A stretch of 64,000 bases of DNA from Macrostomum hystrix (Eukaryota; Animalia; Platyhelminthes), in NCBI GenBank assembly GCA_950097015.1, contig CATNEN010000007.1, forward strand, positions 3,658,001-3,722,000. The letters are read 5' to 3'. The translations under genes and the position numbers were made by a program. Below are positions 49,513-63,000 of this stretch, piece by piece. The number at the start of each line of letters is the position of its first letter. The first letter of the stretch is position 1. The notes under the pieces are model-generated. The model was not told the DNA's origin. It was given only the letters and a program-made list of their open reading frames with translations, and did not search any database.

Positions 49513-49829
49513 CATGTAGATACATTTGATAAATTTGCTGAGCTTGATGTTCTTTATTCCCAAACCTACATGTTTTGGATCAGAAATGAGAAAACTTTAT
49601 TCACCATTCTACGAGTGTGTATGTTGTAAAGTCGTTAAGTCGTTTGTTTTCTTTGAAAAAAACAAGTATAAAGTTTTAAGCTCTCAAAGTTTTAAACAGA
49701 AACAAAATCGACCACATGGCATTCAGTACTCTGAATTAGTTTCACAGCTCCAAGAGATTTTACATGGAATTAGTTTGCTTGTTGAACATTAGAAAAAGTA
49801 CAGTGTAACTCTGAGAGAAGTGTGAGAAG

Positions 49830-52800
49830 TCAGACAGAGGACACGCACTCAATGGTGATCTCCCTGTGAGTAGATTGTACTTCAACTCGAACCAGCTTTC
49901 TGTCTTCCAGAGGCGGCTGTTCGTCCGTCAGCTCTCTGACCAGCAGAGCTCCTTCCCTGACCGTCGGCAGCTTGCCAACTCCGTTAATTCTCCGCTTGTT
50001 CTCAACTAGAACTCGGCCACGGCTGCTGACCAGGCGCTGGTGGCAGTGGTTTGTGCTGTTCACAGACTTCGCCTGGTTGGTGTGGCCAGCCCGACAGCCA
50101 AGCAGGTTCAGAAACTGCTGACGAAACTTGCGCCCAGACAGTAGGTAGAAAACCCAGTTGGTGCTGTTGTTGAGGCAGGCGCAAACGTCTGCAAATTTGT
50201 GTAGCAACGCCCACAGACGGGCGAACTCTGACGCACCGCTGGTTAGGTGCACCTGAGTGGAGAGTGGTACAGGTAGCTACACCTCGCGACCCGTCTAGAG
50301 TTAGTTTTGACGCACTCAGAAAATACCTCGCGAAAATGCCATAGTTAAAAAAGCATACATGCCTTTAATTAATAACTAGGATTAAGGTACTAAGACACTG
50401 ATAGACTGCAATGTACTGAGACACTGATAGACTGCAATGTACTGAGACACGGATAGACTGCGATGTACTGACACACTGAGAGAGAGCGATGTACTGACAC
50501 ACTGATAAACTGCGATGAACTGAGACAGTGATAGACTGCGATGAACTGAGACAGTGATAGACTGCGATGAACTGAGACAGTGATAAACTGCGATGAACTG
50601 AGACAGTGATAGACTGCGATGAACTGAGACAGTGATAGACTGCGATGAACTGAGACAGTGATAGACTGCGATGAACTGAGACAGTGATAAACTGCGATGA
50701 ACTGAGACAGTGATAGACTGCGATGAACTGAGACAGTGATAGACTGCGTTGTACTGAGACATACGTATTGACAAAATAACATGCTAACATAAAGTAGGAC
50801 ACTGATAGATAACGATACACTGAGAGACAACGTCGTACTGACTTATGAAAAGCTGCCACAAATGTACTCGTAAAGTCATGATGCAATCAGAAGTCATTCA
50901 CATATTGAGAAGTACTACTAACATGAGTAGAGTGTGATATCGAATGCTTTCTCGATAGCGTTTTTATTAGCGGGACTTGTATCTCAGAGTTGAACTCACC
51001 TTGGAAATGAGAAACAGACCAGCGAAGCCGTTCGTCAGAAAATAGGTGGCATTCATGAGGATCAACATCAGCGTCACCCGCTTCTCGCTACCCCCGGCGC
51101 CGCCTCCAGAAGCAGCCGGTGATGTCCCAGTCCCGCCGGCTCGCTTCTTCCGCCTAGTCACCGGTGGCCGTCGAGTAAGTCCGCTGACAGTTCCGACGCC
51201 CTGGCGACTTGTGGAAGGAGCCTCGCTATTGGCTCCGGGCGCAAGGTGGTGCGACCGCAACAAGCGAGTCTGCCTGGCGCTCAACTCTTGAAACGTGCTC
51301 AGCACAACATCGTTCCGGCTCTGGCAGACGAAATAAACAATCAAACAGGTGCAAAGTACCATGACAAAGAAGGGCACGATGGAGCCGAACAGGCCGTGTG
51401 AATAGTACACCAGAAACTTTCGCGCCTCCTTGTCGCAGTGGTGGCCCAGGCTGGAGTTGCCGCTGGAGTTGGCATCGATGCGCGGAATCCACCGGTGGCA
51501 GAGCGGAATGACCAGCGCGTAAGCGACAACCACGGCGGAAACGGCTGCCACCAGCCGGCTGGTCTGCTTGGCCGTGAGCCATTGGCGAATGCGCAGCGGG
51601 TAGCGGATGGCCAGCATGCGATGGCAGGAGATCATTGCCTGCATTTTTGCGGGTCATTGTTTTCAGTGGGCCGTGTTTTTGCTTTCGTTTATTACTGTTT
51701 ATTATTAAGCGCGTCTTACATCCCAAGAGCTTAATTGATCTTTCTATGAAACCAAAACGGCTGGCCAACCGCTCATTCCCTTTCACACTGGGCCAGATTA
51801 ATCTGATGGGATTAAGCTAGTTCTGGCTGAGCCAGCCCATACCATCCGGCCCAGTTTATCAGGTGGGTGGGCTGCGAGTTGAATAATGAAACTTTCGCAT
51901 CCCGCTTGGCCCTGCTGAATCCGCCAGGCGTTCTCAATCTTGTACGAATCGAACTCAATGCATGCCGAGATCCGGACCTGGAAATGGGATCTGGGCCGGC
52001 TGGTTGGGGGAGCGTCGATCTGATTACTGGGAATTTTTTCCCCTTTGAGGAAGGATAAAAAAGCAAGGCGGGGAAGAGGAGCCGCTGAGAATGAGTAGTG
52101 ATTTCTTGCGTGCGTCATAAATCATGCGCCCCGTCGGAATTTTTTCCTTCGCTCGCCTGGGAGGTCACCGCGGGTCCCCCCGCTTCGCGCACAGCTTCGC
52201 AACTAAAAGCAAAACCTGATTTTCCAGCCCGCCTTCTACTACGCTTTTTCAAGTCCTGACTCGATGTAAATCTAAAAAAGCTGTCTCCATAGCAACCGGA
52301 GATGGAATTCTATTTCAATCTTTGACTCTCCACCTCAACCAAAGCGTTCGAATCTGGCTGACTCAGCCTATGTGGGAGAAACAGGTCCGGGAGTCACTGA
52401 TTTGAGTCTCCGAACCCAATGGAGACCCGGAAGCCGAGTTGATCTGTGCTCAAGGATAAAACCAAGGATTTTCGAGTCAATAAAGTAATAAATTTCAATT
52501 TCACAATTTTCATGCTTTGTGTTTGAATTTCCTTATCCCAGACCCAAACTCGGTTCAAATTTAATCCCATTTTGAAGTCGCGAATCGATTCTTGGAAATT
52601 ATAAAGTCGAATCGCAGTTTGTTGTTTCAGTATCAGATTACGAAGCTGTCCAAAGAAAAACAGATTCAAAATTAATTAAGCTGAACCGAAATCGTGCTTA
52701 AGCTACTCGCATGAGTGGAGAAGCAGCTATTTGACACGACTCTATTGCTTCGAATAAAAGTAGGTTCTTGCCTCGAATATCATTGCATGCCAGGTGATTT

Positions 52801-54967
52801 CCCTAACCTGATTTTCTAAGTTGTAAACAGCCTGCCAGTCATGCTAATATATTTTTTTACACTGTCCTTATAAGTGATCTCAGCATTTTAGAATGGCCAG
52901 GTCATTTCTGATTGGTTGAAATTTGCAGAATTCTTATTGGCTAAAAATTGATGAATTCTTATTGGCTGATAATCGATGAATTCTTATTGGCTGATAATCG
53001 ATGAATTCTTATTGGCTGATAATCGATGAATTCTTATTGGCTGATAATCGATGAATTCTTATTGGCTGATAATCGATGAATTCTTATTGACTGATAATCG
53101 ATGAATTCTTATTGACTGAAAATAGCAGGCAATTGCTTGTTTCTAATTGGCTGAAGCCTGTTTGATTATGATTGGTTCGCATTAAATCATTTTTATTGGC
53201 TGAGACATGCAATGATGACTGGAAGTTCGTACATATGGCTATTTTCGAATTTCTTGGTAGTTTTGTCTGTCTAAAGCTAAATAGAGTAACAAATGCTGGA
53301 AAACACAAGTTCTAAAAGCCACAAAAAGTTTTTTTCTGGTTCAGAATTTGCCATGGCTAATAGTTAATCAACAGAAAAAGAAGCATAAAGTCTGGATTAG
53401 CATGTCAACAAAATCCAGCATTCGAATATAAAAGTGCAGCGCAGCCAGTTGACGGACGGCCTGACCCGAGTCGCAAACTTGTCGAATTGGAAAAAATATA
53501 AAATAGGCAGGCTTAGCCCGGGCCACAGGCCAGCTGGGCCGCGGGTTCCAAGCTTCAAGTGGGTGCCAGTCAAAAGAACTTTGCCAGTTAGCAACCATGC
53601 TCGAATCTTTTTAATGTGGTAAAAGTGCAGTCGCGGAGAGGCACCCAGACTCAAAGAGGTGGCCATAGCTCAGCTAACTTTGCTCCTTGTTTAGTTCTTC
53701 CCCAAGGCCCGCTCTCAATGACCCTCCTGCCTGACCCTGGCAGCTGGCGAGGGAGACAATTAGCGAGACAAATCTGTGAGACTCCACTGCTCAGATGGAC
53801 GGATGGGAGTGAGTAGGCTCGCGAGGTCAAGGCGCCTCTCTGGGGGTGGCGACCATTCCTGCATATGGGCCACTGTTGCCAATTCAACCAGATTTCCAGG
53901 TGAGAGTGTGAGACATACTAGATGAGAGGTGAGAAATGCTGTGAGAGTGTGAGAAATACTGTGAGAGTGTCAGTTATGCTGTAAGAGTCTGAGATATACT
54001 GTGAGATATACAGTGAGAGTGTGACATATAATTAATAGTGTGAGATATACTGTGAGAGTGTGAGATATAATTAATAGTGTGAGATATAATTAATAGTGTG
54101 AGATATAATTAATAGTGTGAGATATAATTAATAGTGTGAGATATAATTAATAGTGTGAGATATACTGTGAGAGTGTGAGATATAATTAATAGTGTGAGAT
54201 ATAATTAATAGTGTGAGATATACTGTGAGAGTGTGAGATATACTGTGAGAGTGTGAAATAGAGTGTGAGAGTGTGAGATATACTAGATGAGAGGTGAGAA
54301 ATGGTGTGAGAAGTGAGACTAGCTGTGAGGTGAGAAGTCATTGCGTGTTGATCCCTAGACATTGGTATCTACGCTCGTAGGTTTGAGAACAGTGAAAAAT
54401 AACCTCAGCTTTTAAAGCAATAAATTTTCAAAGCGGTTTTAGATTTTAATGAATTAAACGATTTGAAATTTCTCATTGTCAAATGCAGCCTTCACCTCGA
54501 GAGCCATTTCACACCATGAAACTATTTTTAGATGCGACTAAAACTGAAGCAGCGGATTCTAACAGAAAGTGCAGAGAGGCAGAAATGGGAACCCACTCAC
54601 ATTAACTGCTCAAAAGCGGCTCATATTTTACCTGTATCCAGGGCGACAGCCAGTAGCCGATGGCCTCCAAATACGGCACCAGGTGGCAACCAGCTGCCGA
54701 CTGACGCATGGGATCAAAATCCCAGTACACTGACAGGTACAGGTAGGTGGCCGCGAACACTAGGTTAACTAGATCAGCCACTGCCAAGGCGGAGAACAGG
54801 ATTGATGTGGTCTTCTGGAACACCTTGTACTTGATGATGATGAGCAGGTTGATCGAGGTGCCCCAGAATCCCACGGCCAGGAGCAACGGCAGGAACCAGG
54901 ACATAAAGTACGCTTTGAACAGGTCGAAGGCGTCTCGAGTGTCATCCTGCCTGCTGGCGTTAAGCAT
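49830..54967 (-). CDS. Rhodopsin-class neuropeptide (FMRFamide-receptor-like) GPCR B, 3 coding exons, ~465 aa
   Basis: join(54967..54632,51638..51000,50252..49830), all GT-AG phase 0. TM2 LAVADL, TM3 GC...LSPWIQ|AMISCHRMLAIRYP, ECL2 Cys, TM5 IVPF, TM7 LNNSTNWVFY, helix 8 GRKFRQQF. Confidence 0.9.
50390..50760. repeat. 26-bp minisatellite (ACTGAGACAGTGATAGACTGCGATGA) in GPCR B intron 2
   Basis: Read directly, ~14 copies. Confidence 0.97.
52283..52296. promoter_or_regulatory. RFX X-box consensus match (GTCTCCATAGCAAC)
   Basis: Exact fit to GTHNYY-AT-RRNAAC, inside GPCR B intron 1. Function untested. Confidence 0.35.
52950..53115. repeat. 25-bp minisatellite (GATGAATTCTTATTGGCTGATAATC) in GPCR B intron 1
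   Basis: Read directly, ~7 copies, most carrying an inverted CCAAT. Confidence 0.95.
53900..54320. repeat. 19-20-bp minisatellite (GTGTGAGATATACTGTGAGA / GTGTGAGATATAATTAATA) in GPCR B intron 1
   Basis: Read directly. Confidence 0.93.
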
Positions 54968-55369
54968 TGTGCTGCTGCTGCTGCTGCTGCTGCTGCTGAC
55001 ACTGCCTGGCCGTCTGCCTCGACAACAAAAGCACCTGCGCCTCGCCTTGACTCGACCCAGCTCAAACTGTAGCCATTCCGCAGCTATTCAGTAGCTTCTA
55101 TAGCTTCTCATTGGACCAGGGCGTCACTGACCAATGAGCTGCGGGCTGGGACCTAGCTACAATACAATCCTGCAGTAACAGTTTAGTAACTTAGTGAATT
55201 GCTTTTCTTAACACTTGCATTGTTTCTTAATTAACTAAATAATGACCTTAATATTGTACCTTCTATATGTTAACATTTTTTGCATTCTAACATTTTATTC
55301 AATACCACCAAGTTTCAATGCTCTCTGTTTGCACCCCCTGATTCCACTACTATTTTTATACCACTCTGT

Positions 55370-55680
55370 TTCTACCCCTCTGTTTCTACCCAATGTTTCT
55401 ACCCCTCTGTTTCTACCTTCTGTTTCTACCCCTCTGTTTCTACCCCTCTGTTTCTACCCCTCTGTTTCTAGCCTCTGTTTCTACCACTCTGTTTCTACCC
55501 TCAGTTTCTACCCCTCTGTTTCTACCCACTGTTTCTACCCCTCTGTTTCTACCCACTGTTTCTACTCCTCTGTTTCTACCCACTGTTTCTACCCCTCTGT
55601 TTCTACCCACTGTTTCGACCCACGTTTCTACCCCTCTGTTTCTACCCTCTGTTTCTACCCTCTGTTTCTACCCACTGTTT
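55370..55680. repeat. 13-14-bp minisatellite (CTGTTTCTACCCCT)
   Basis: Read directly, ~22 copies. Confidence 0.96.
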
Positions 55681-56689
55681 TCCCCCAATCAACACCCTCG
55701 CTGTCCCGCCCACTGTTGCCCACTCGAATCGCACTGATTGATCTCAGGCACTCGCAGAAGCAAAGATGTGCTGATTTAGCATCCAAAGCGGCAAATTCCG
55801 TAGGCCGAGAAGTTTGCCCCGCGCCTGGCTAACGAGTAAGTTCCCAATCTGGCCAGGACCTGTTCTGTCCAAGTCAATAATGTGCACAGAGTGAAGCGTG
55901 TGAATAGAACAGCACTTTTCCTGTGCTGGGGTCGCCACAATCGGTGCTAACTGCTTCGAACAGGCGTTCCATCCCTGCTCGGCACTCTCCGTGATTGCTG
56001 TAGCCTTTGTTGGTGCTGTTGGCGCTGATTTGATTTTCGTCAATAGACTGATTATCCGTCAGTTGGACTCGGCGAGGACCTCAGAACAATGTCCGCTAGC
56101 CCATACTGTATTGCGCGGAGCATCAAAGGCAACGAACAGCTGTTCAGTCCATGGACTGGAGACCAGCAGTTTCTACCGGAGCAAATGCCAGTTAACAAAT
56201 TTCCAGCAGGATGGGTTGAAGCTATTTATCGCCCAAAGAAACCTCTGGGTCAAGACTCGAATCTTTTTTTTAACTCTCAAGAGCTCCCTGTGAACTTTTA
56301 ATTTAATTAACCTGCAATTTAATTAACAGCTCACTTACTAAATCTCATTTCAAGCACAAAGTATTTGCGGACGCATGTGAGCAGTCCTCAACTTGGGGGT
56401 TTTGATTATGTGATCACTTTCCAGCTGCACTTCTGCATCTTTGGGGGGCTTCTGAGCAACTTGGCCCGGTTAATTAAATTTCTAGACCTAAAAGCCAGGA
56501 TCAACTGTCACTCAAGGTTCGTTACTGCAGACTGACTGACGAGCTTCACACTATGGAGCTCTGGTACATTGTCTGCTGAGAAAAAGACAACAATATATAG
56601 ACCCAGCTTAACTCCATAGTATGAACGCAAGCACGGCTCATATTCCAGGGCATGATCAGACAAAATCCAAACACCTGATGCATTACAGC

Positions 56690-57640
56690 TAAGATCCTCA
56701 CCGATAATCCAAACACCTGATCCATTACAGCTCAGATCCTCACCGATAATCCAAACACCTGATCCATTACAGCTCAGATCCTCACCGATAATCCAAACAC
56801 CTGATCCATTTCAGCTCAGATCCTCACCGATAATCCAAACACCTGATCCATTACAGCTCAGATCCTCACCGATAATCCAAACACCTGATCCATGACAGCT
56901 CAGATCCTCACCGATAATCCAAACACCTGATCCATGACAGCTCCGATCCTCACCGATAATCCAAACACCTGATCCATTACAGCTCAGATCCTCACCGATA
57001 ATCCAAACACCTGATCCAGTACACAGCTCAGATCCTCATCGATAATCCAAACACCTGATCCATTACAGCTCAGATCCTCGCCGATAATCCAAACACCTGA
57101 TCTATCACAGCTCAGATCCTCACCGATAATCCAAACACTTGATCCATGACAGCTCCGATCCTCACCGATAATCCAAACACCTGATCCATTACAGCTCCGA
57201 TCCTCTCCGATAATCCAAACACCTGATCCATTACAGCTCAGATCCTCGCCGATAATCCAAACACCTGATCCATTACAGCTCAGATCCTCACCGATAATCC
57301 AAACACCTGATCCATTACAGCTCAGATCCTCACCGATAATCCAAACACCTGATCCAGTACACAGCTCAGATCCTCATCGATAATCCAAACACCTGATCTA
57401 TCACAGCTCAGATCCTCACCGATAATCCAAACACTTGATCCATGACAGCTCCGATCCTCACCGATAATCCAAACACCTGATCCATTACAGCTCCGATCCT
57501 CTCCGATAATCCAAACACCTGATCCATTACAGCTCAGATCCTCGCCGATAATCCAAACACCTGATCCATTACAGCTCAGATCCTCACCGATAATCCAAAC
57601 ACCTGATCCATTACAGCTCAGATCCTCGCCGATCTCCTAA
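56690..57640. repeat. 42-bp minisatellite (AATCCAAACACCTGATCCATTACAGCTCAGATCCTCACCGAT), ~22 copies
   Basis: Read directly. Confidence 0.98.
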
Positions 57641-58259
57641 AAATCCTCACTGATTTCCCCTCAGTGGCATTTCAAAGAGTTCTCTTTATTTGAGCAGCAC
57701 TTCACTGAGAGCTGCATACGGTTCACAAAAAATCCCACTATTCCTTGGCTACTTTGAAGCTGCATGTCCCATTCCTCTGGCACTCATCTGCTTCAACAGT
57801 CGAAAAAGTCGAAAATCTAATTTTAGAATTTTGTGTGTGTGTGTGTGTGTGTTCCAACGGAAGCGGCAGCCCCCAGTTCGCGTTTGCAAGATCCGCTTTA
57901 GTCGCAGCCTCCGCTTCTTCATCCGTCGGCCTCTTTTACTTCTGCTGCCTCCGTCGGCCTCATTCTCAACTCCCTCCGCGGCTGATGAGTAAATAGACCG
58001 TGAAACACTGGCGGATGAGGCCGGGCAAAAGCTGAGCATGAGCAGGTTCTTGAGAGGAGGAGTTTAAGAGGCGGCCGGTCTCCACCTGTTCCATGGTGCT
58101 CAGTTTGACGGGGACTTCAGAAAGGAGAATAAGTGAGTCGGGGAAGAATGAGTCGGTGCAACCCATGATGGATTGGTGTGCTCAGGAATTTTCCAGTGCT
58201 CGGTGTGCTTAGAGATTGGAGTAGCCGAAAATCAAGGGAAGAGTGCATGCGCGACTCCT

Positions 58260-58383
58260 ACTGCTGCTGCTGCTGCTGTCGGTGCTGCCGCTGCTGCCGC
58301 TGCTGCTGCTTCTGCTGCTGCTGCTGCTGCTGCTGCCGCTGCTGCTGCTGCCGCTGCTGCTGCTGCTGCTGCTGCCGCTGCTC
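58260..58383. repeat. Interrupted (GCT/AGC)n trinucleotide tract, ~40 units
   Basis: Read directly. Interruptions are mostly GCC. Confidence 0.95.
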
Positions 58384-59039
58384 GATAAGACAATTGCATT
58401 CAATAGCTGGTTGTGGCTATGAGTTTATGCTGCCTGAGGAAACGGAGATCAAGGGTAAAATGACTTTCTTTGCTTATTCAGAAAGATGCATCATGAACTA
58501 CCTCATTGTATACGAGTATGTAATGAGATTTCAAATGGCCGACTCCACAACTGCCCTGAGAAACATTCACAAGCACAGGCGCTCGCCCCGCCTAATCTGC
58601 ATGCTTGGCGCGGACTCTGCTAAACAAGCCTGAAATTGCCGGGGTTGTAGAGGAAGCGTTTATGGTGCTCGGGAGGACATTGCTGCGACTGCTTCGCGGG
58701 GCGTTGAAAACTATACTAATAATCCATGGGATTTTCTCCTCCTATTGCCAGGATCGCATTTGTAGGGGGTAGATTGGGGAATTTCTTAGAAAAGTACTTT
58801 CTTGTCTTTACACTTTGTCAAATCTAAATAATTCTTTCTCTCGTTTTGAAATTTTTGCAATAATTTTTTCAATACAAGTTTTTTCAAGCGTAAATTTGTA
58901 TCACGATTACAAAATTGAATTACCGGGGAAAGCCTTGCCTTTTGGAAACTTTGATCATTCTGTCTTAATTTATCGCAACTTTCTATTGAGTGATTCAAAG
59001 AGAAGTGCGAATTCTTAACTTTCTGCTCGCAAATTTTGT

Positions 59040-59292
59040 GACCCTCGCACCAAGGTCCCTGAGCTCGATTCCCCAGCGAGGCCACTTTCATTTGGGGCGC
59101 AGCCACGGAGAGAAGGCTTGGTGGCTTATCGTGCAATTCCCGTTGTGTCCAACCCCCAAGGCACATTAGTGTACACTGCCTAAAAATGAAATGATAAAGT
59201 CAGGAGCAGATGTACACACTTGTGTACGTCTGTGCTTAGAAGTCAGCGCAATGGGCAGAATTGCCGCATCGCTGGCTGCGGGTCTACTGTCC
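59040..59292 (+). mobile_element. SINE-like element, near full length
   Basis: CACCAAGGTCCCTGAGCTCGATTCCC head (B-box-like), TTCATTTGGGGCGCAGCCACGGAGAGAAGGCTTGG body, GTACACTGCC...ATGGGCAGAATTGCC...GCGGGTCTA tail. Confidence 0.75.
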
Positions 59293-60029
59293 TAGCCATG
59301 GCTCGTCATGCTTCTACTCAGATCGAGATAAATCACCATAAGTGGATAAAATTCGAATTCAATTACTAATATAAGATCCCCAGCGCTCTACTGTGAGTAG
59401 ATTACTTGAGCATATTGAGTTGAGTATTCGTTGTAAAGCGATTTAGCAGAGTAAATGCTCAATTTATTAGAGGAATCGGATACGGAACTCGCTTAACTTC
59501 GTATCGAGGCGAACCGAACAAACTGGTTTCCATGTGGAATGCGTGTGCCATATTCCGCTTTTATGGCATCAGAAATGACACCTTATGGATTAATGTAGAC
59601 CTACATAAACATTCTGAAAGAGCAGGACATTTTATGAGTCTATTATTACCAAGCGACACTCGCGCAGTGTGTGTGTGGGGCTATGGTGTAGGTTTCGAAT
59701 GCTCAACATCGGTGCATCGAGCCATAATTCTGAAATGCACAGATAATGAAAGAGAGCACAGCAGAGAGGCAGACACTGCACACACCCAACACTATTATCT
59801 TATGTTTTCTTATAATTCATGCGCCGTCTGCCTGTCTTCTGTCTCTTCTGCGCCTAGCCGCAAGCCCTGGGCTCAGACTCTCGGGTTGTCAACGACAATT
59901 ATATTATTTTAAAAATAAACTCGCCCTGTGTCTTTAAAACTTGTAGCTTACAGTTTGAGTTGCTGCTCACAAACTGAAGGCGGTAACGTTTTGGATCTGA
60001 CGGACTGACGCCGAACATCAGCTTTGGCG

Positions 60030-63000
60030 ATGAGCGCGCAGTCGACAGCCGGAGTAGGGGCTGAGGTAAAAGTACACACTCTATGCACTTTTATTAATAT
60101 CGTAGTAAAAAGATTTAAAACAGCTCTCAGACTAATGATGAACGCACCTGTTCTGCCAGGACTTCCTGGCTCGCTACGCCCCGAACCTGAGTCGCAAGGA
60201 GCGCAGCGGCCTGACTGAAATGGTTCGCGCCGCGGTGCGCGACTACATGACGGAGAGTCGGCTGACACAGCCGCCGGCGCCACGGCTGCTGGCGTACATG
60301 ATGCAGCAGCAACCCAGGTACACAGCTCCCACTGCCGATGTTGCTAACCAGTCGAGGAGGCGTCCTGCCACAGCCAGAGGCCGCTACTTCGGTGATGAGG
60401 AGGACGAGGACCTGCACCTGGTGGGCAGTGCGACCGGCATTAGAACAGGTGAGATGTGGTCCTATCACGGTGTGCTGGACCTGTCTGTTAGGAGTGATAT
60501 TGCTGAGAACAGGTGAGAACAGGTGAGATGTGGTCTTATCCTACACCTGTGAGTTAGGAGTATCATCAGTAACACTCACACCTGTGAGTTAGGAGTGTCA
60601 TCAGTAACACTCACACCTGTGAGTTAGGAGTGTCATCAGTAACACTCACACCTGTGAGTTAGGAGTGTCATCAGTAACACTCACACCTGTGAGTTAGGAG
60701 TGTCATCAGTAACACTCACACCTGTGAGTTAGGAGTGTCATCAGTAACACTCACACCTGTGAGTTAGTCAGTCTCACTCACAGTCAGTGAGTGAGACGTC
60801 AGTCACAAGTTCAATCTATAGCTCTGCTAGCAGTTTACAATGCATGCAGACAGAAAAGGGCTCAAAATGAACTGTGAAACTGAATGAATGCCTGGCGCCA
60901 AATTCCTTAGATACGGAAGTGCAGCAGCATCACATAGGCTCTTAGCAGACTTAAAAGAGCTATTGTGACTACTTAGATAACATGTTCTTTCATTTCCAGA
61001 GACCCCCAGATACGCCCTCGTATCGCCAAAGTTTGCACCGGAGAGGCAGAAGAAGTCGGATAGAAAATTTCCGGAGACTTTAATGGGGTTTGTGGACCCG
61101 TCTGGAGCAGTTGAGCACACTGGTGAGTTGAGTGTGGGTGTGAGTCCATTGGTTCGTGACTCCTACTGTGTAACTATGTCCCACATTTCGTTACCTACAA
61201 GAGCCTGAAGTGCTCCAGGACTCAAGCCAGACAGTAGAAAACTCACCTGAGAACAAGTCAGCACCAGAACCGGCAGCAGGCGCACCTGCCGAATCATCAT
61301 CATCAGCAGCAGCGGGAGCAGCAGCAGCAGCAGCAGCGGGAGCGGCTTCTGTGAAGCGCCCGGCGACAGCCAATTGGCTCACCTGGCGCGGTGAGACTCC
61401 GTTCTACGCCAGCGACCGCGAATTGCGCGCCTTCAGGCACAGGCAGAATCCGCGCAAGCCAATGCCAGACGAGCTGCCGCATGTCGCTCTGTACAGGAGG
61501 CCCGGGACTGCCAGGGGGCGCCTTCAAAATGCTGAAGTAAGAAGCGGTCATGAATGACGAATTAGGCAAGGACAGATCAATAAAATGGGTTAGGTGGGTC
61601 GCTCCGTACCTCACGGATCGATAAAATTGGGGTGGGTGTTCAAATTAAAGTAATTAAAGAGTGATAAAAATGTAATCTAATTACATTTTAATCGAGCGGG
61701 GGCGATGGACAATTAATAGCGTTGAGATATAAAATTGTAAATGAATAGAACAGATCGATAAAATTGGGGTAGGTGGGTCGCTCCCTAGCTTAAGGATCGA
61801 TACAATTGGGGTAGGTGTTCAAATGAAATGAAACTAAAGCGTTACAATCAGCAAGTCTCGAATGTACTTATTTTTTTGTATTTAGCTCCTAACTCGATTC
61901 CGAATTAATGGGCTAGCGAGCTCATCAAGTTTCGACATCAAAAGGAATTAAGATAAAATGATGAAATTTCGTTTAAGAGCCAATTTGAGGATCTGTTTCC
62001 TCTATTTCCCGTCGAATATATTGACCCACATTCGATGGGTAAATTTTATGTATGCCATGTAAATTCTAAAAATCGACAGGACCCTGCTGCGTCTCCAGTC
62101 GACAAAGGTATTCTCAGCTGGGTGCAGGAGGCCAATGAGCAAGGTAAGCCATTGTGAAGCCATGATTTCGGGAGCCCTTTCTGATTTTCTAAATGACTTC
62201 TAAATCCAATTAATTTTCCCAAACCATCCCCTAAAGACAAGCAGGTGGCCTACAATCTTTTGAAGGCCATCGGCTCCAACCGAGGTGGCGGCTCCGGCTT
62301 TGAGGGCCTCGGCATCAACGGAACCGCTGCAGCCGCCTTTGATCTTAACGGTCAGCGTCGGCTTCATCGCAGAGGAGGCCCGCCGCTGCCGCCACCTGAA
62401 GATCGGCACACCTTCGGCAGGAGGACTCGACCGCCGACACCGCAGAGACCGCTGCGGCAGTCACGGCAGTCAGCTACGGCTGGGCCTGCGTGAGTGGTCT
62501 CGATAGGAATAGAGTGTCTCGATGGGATCAGAGTGTCTCGATGGGATCAGAGAGTCTCGATGGGATCAGAGTGTCTCGATGGGATCGGAGTGTCTCGATG
62601 GGATCAGAGTGTCTCGATGGGATCAGAGTGTCTCGATGGGATCAGAGTGTCTCGATGGGATCAGAGAGTCTCGATGGGATCAGAGTGTCTCGATGGGATC
62701 AGAGTGTCTCGATGGGATCAGAGTGTCTCGATGGGATCAGAGTGTCTCGATGGGATCAGAGTGTCTCGATGGGATCAGAGAGTCTCGATGGGATCAGAGT
62801 ATCTCGATGGGATTAGTGTGGGGTCAGAAATTAGAAATTAGATTTCTGATCTAATCTCCCACTGTGGCATCCAGCCATTCCAGGGCAGCCAGTGTGGTCA
62901 GACCACTCGGCCTCACCTCGGGTTGTCGCAGATGTGCCCGGTAATCCGCTGCTCCCACGAGTGCATCTTCCTTTGCACATTTCCTCACTTTACTAGAATA

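Noticed and set aside
55744-56301. Overlapping 70-100-aa ORFs with moderate GC
   Set aside because: Could be a decayed gene or element, but I could not establish a frame, splice sites or homology.
57690-58633. GC-rich ORF cluster including the poly-Cys ORF 58178..58633
   Set aside because: Poly-Cys is a frame of the GCT tract, and no coherent gene model could be built.
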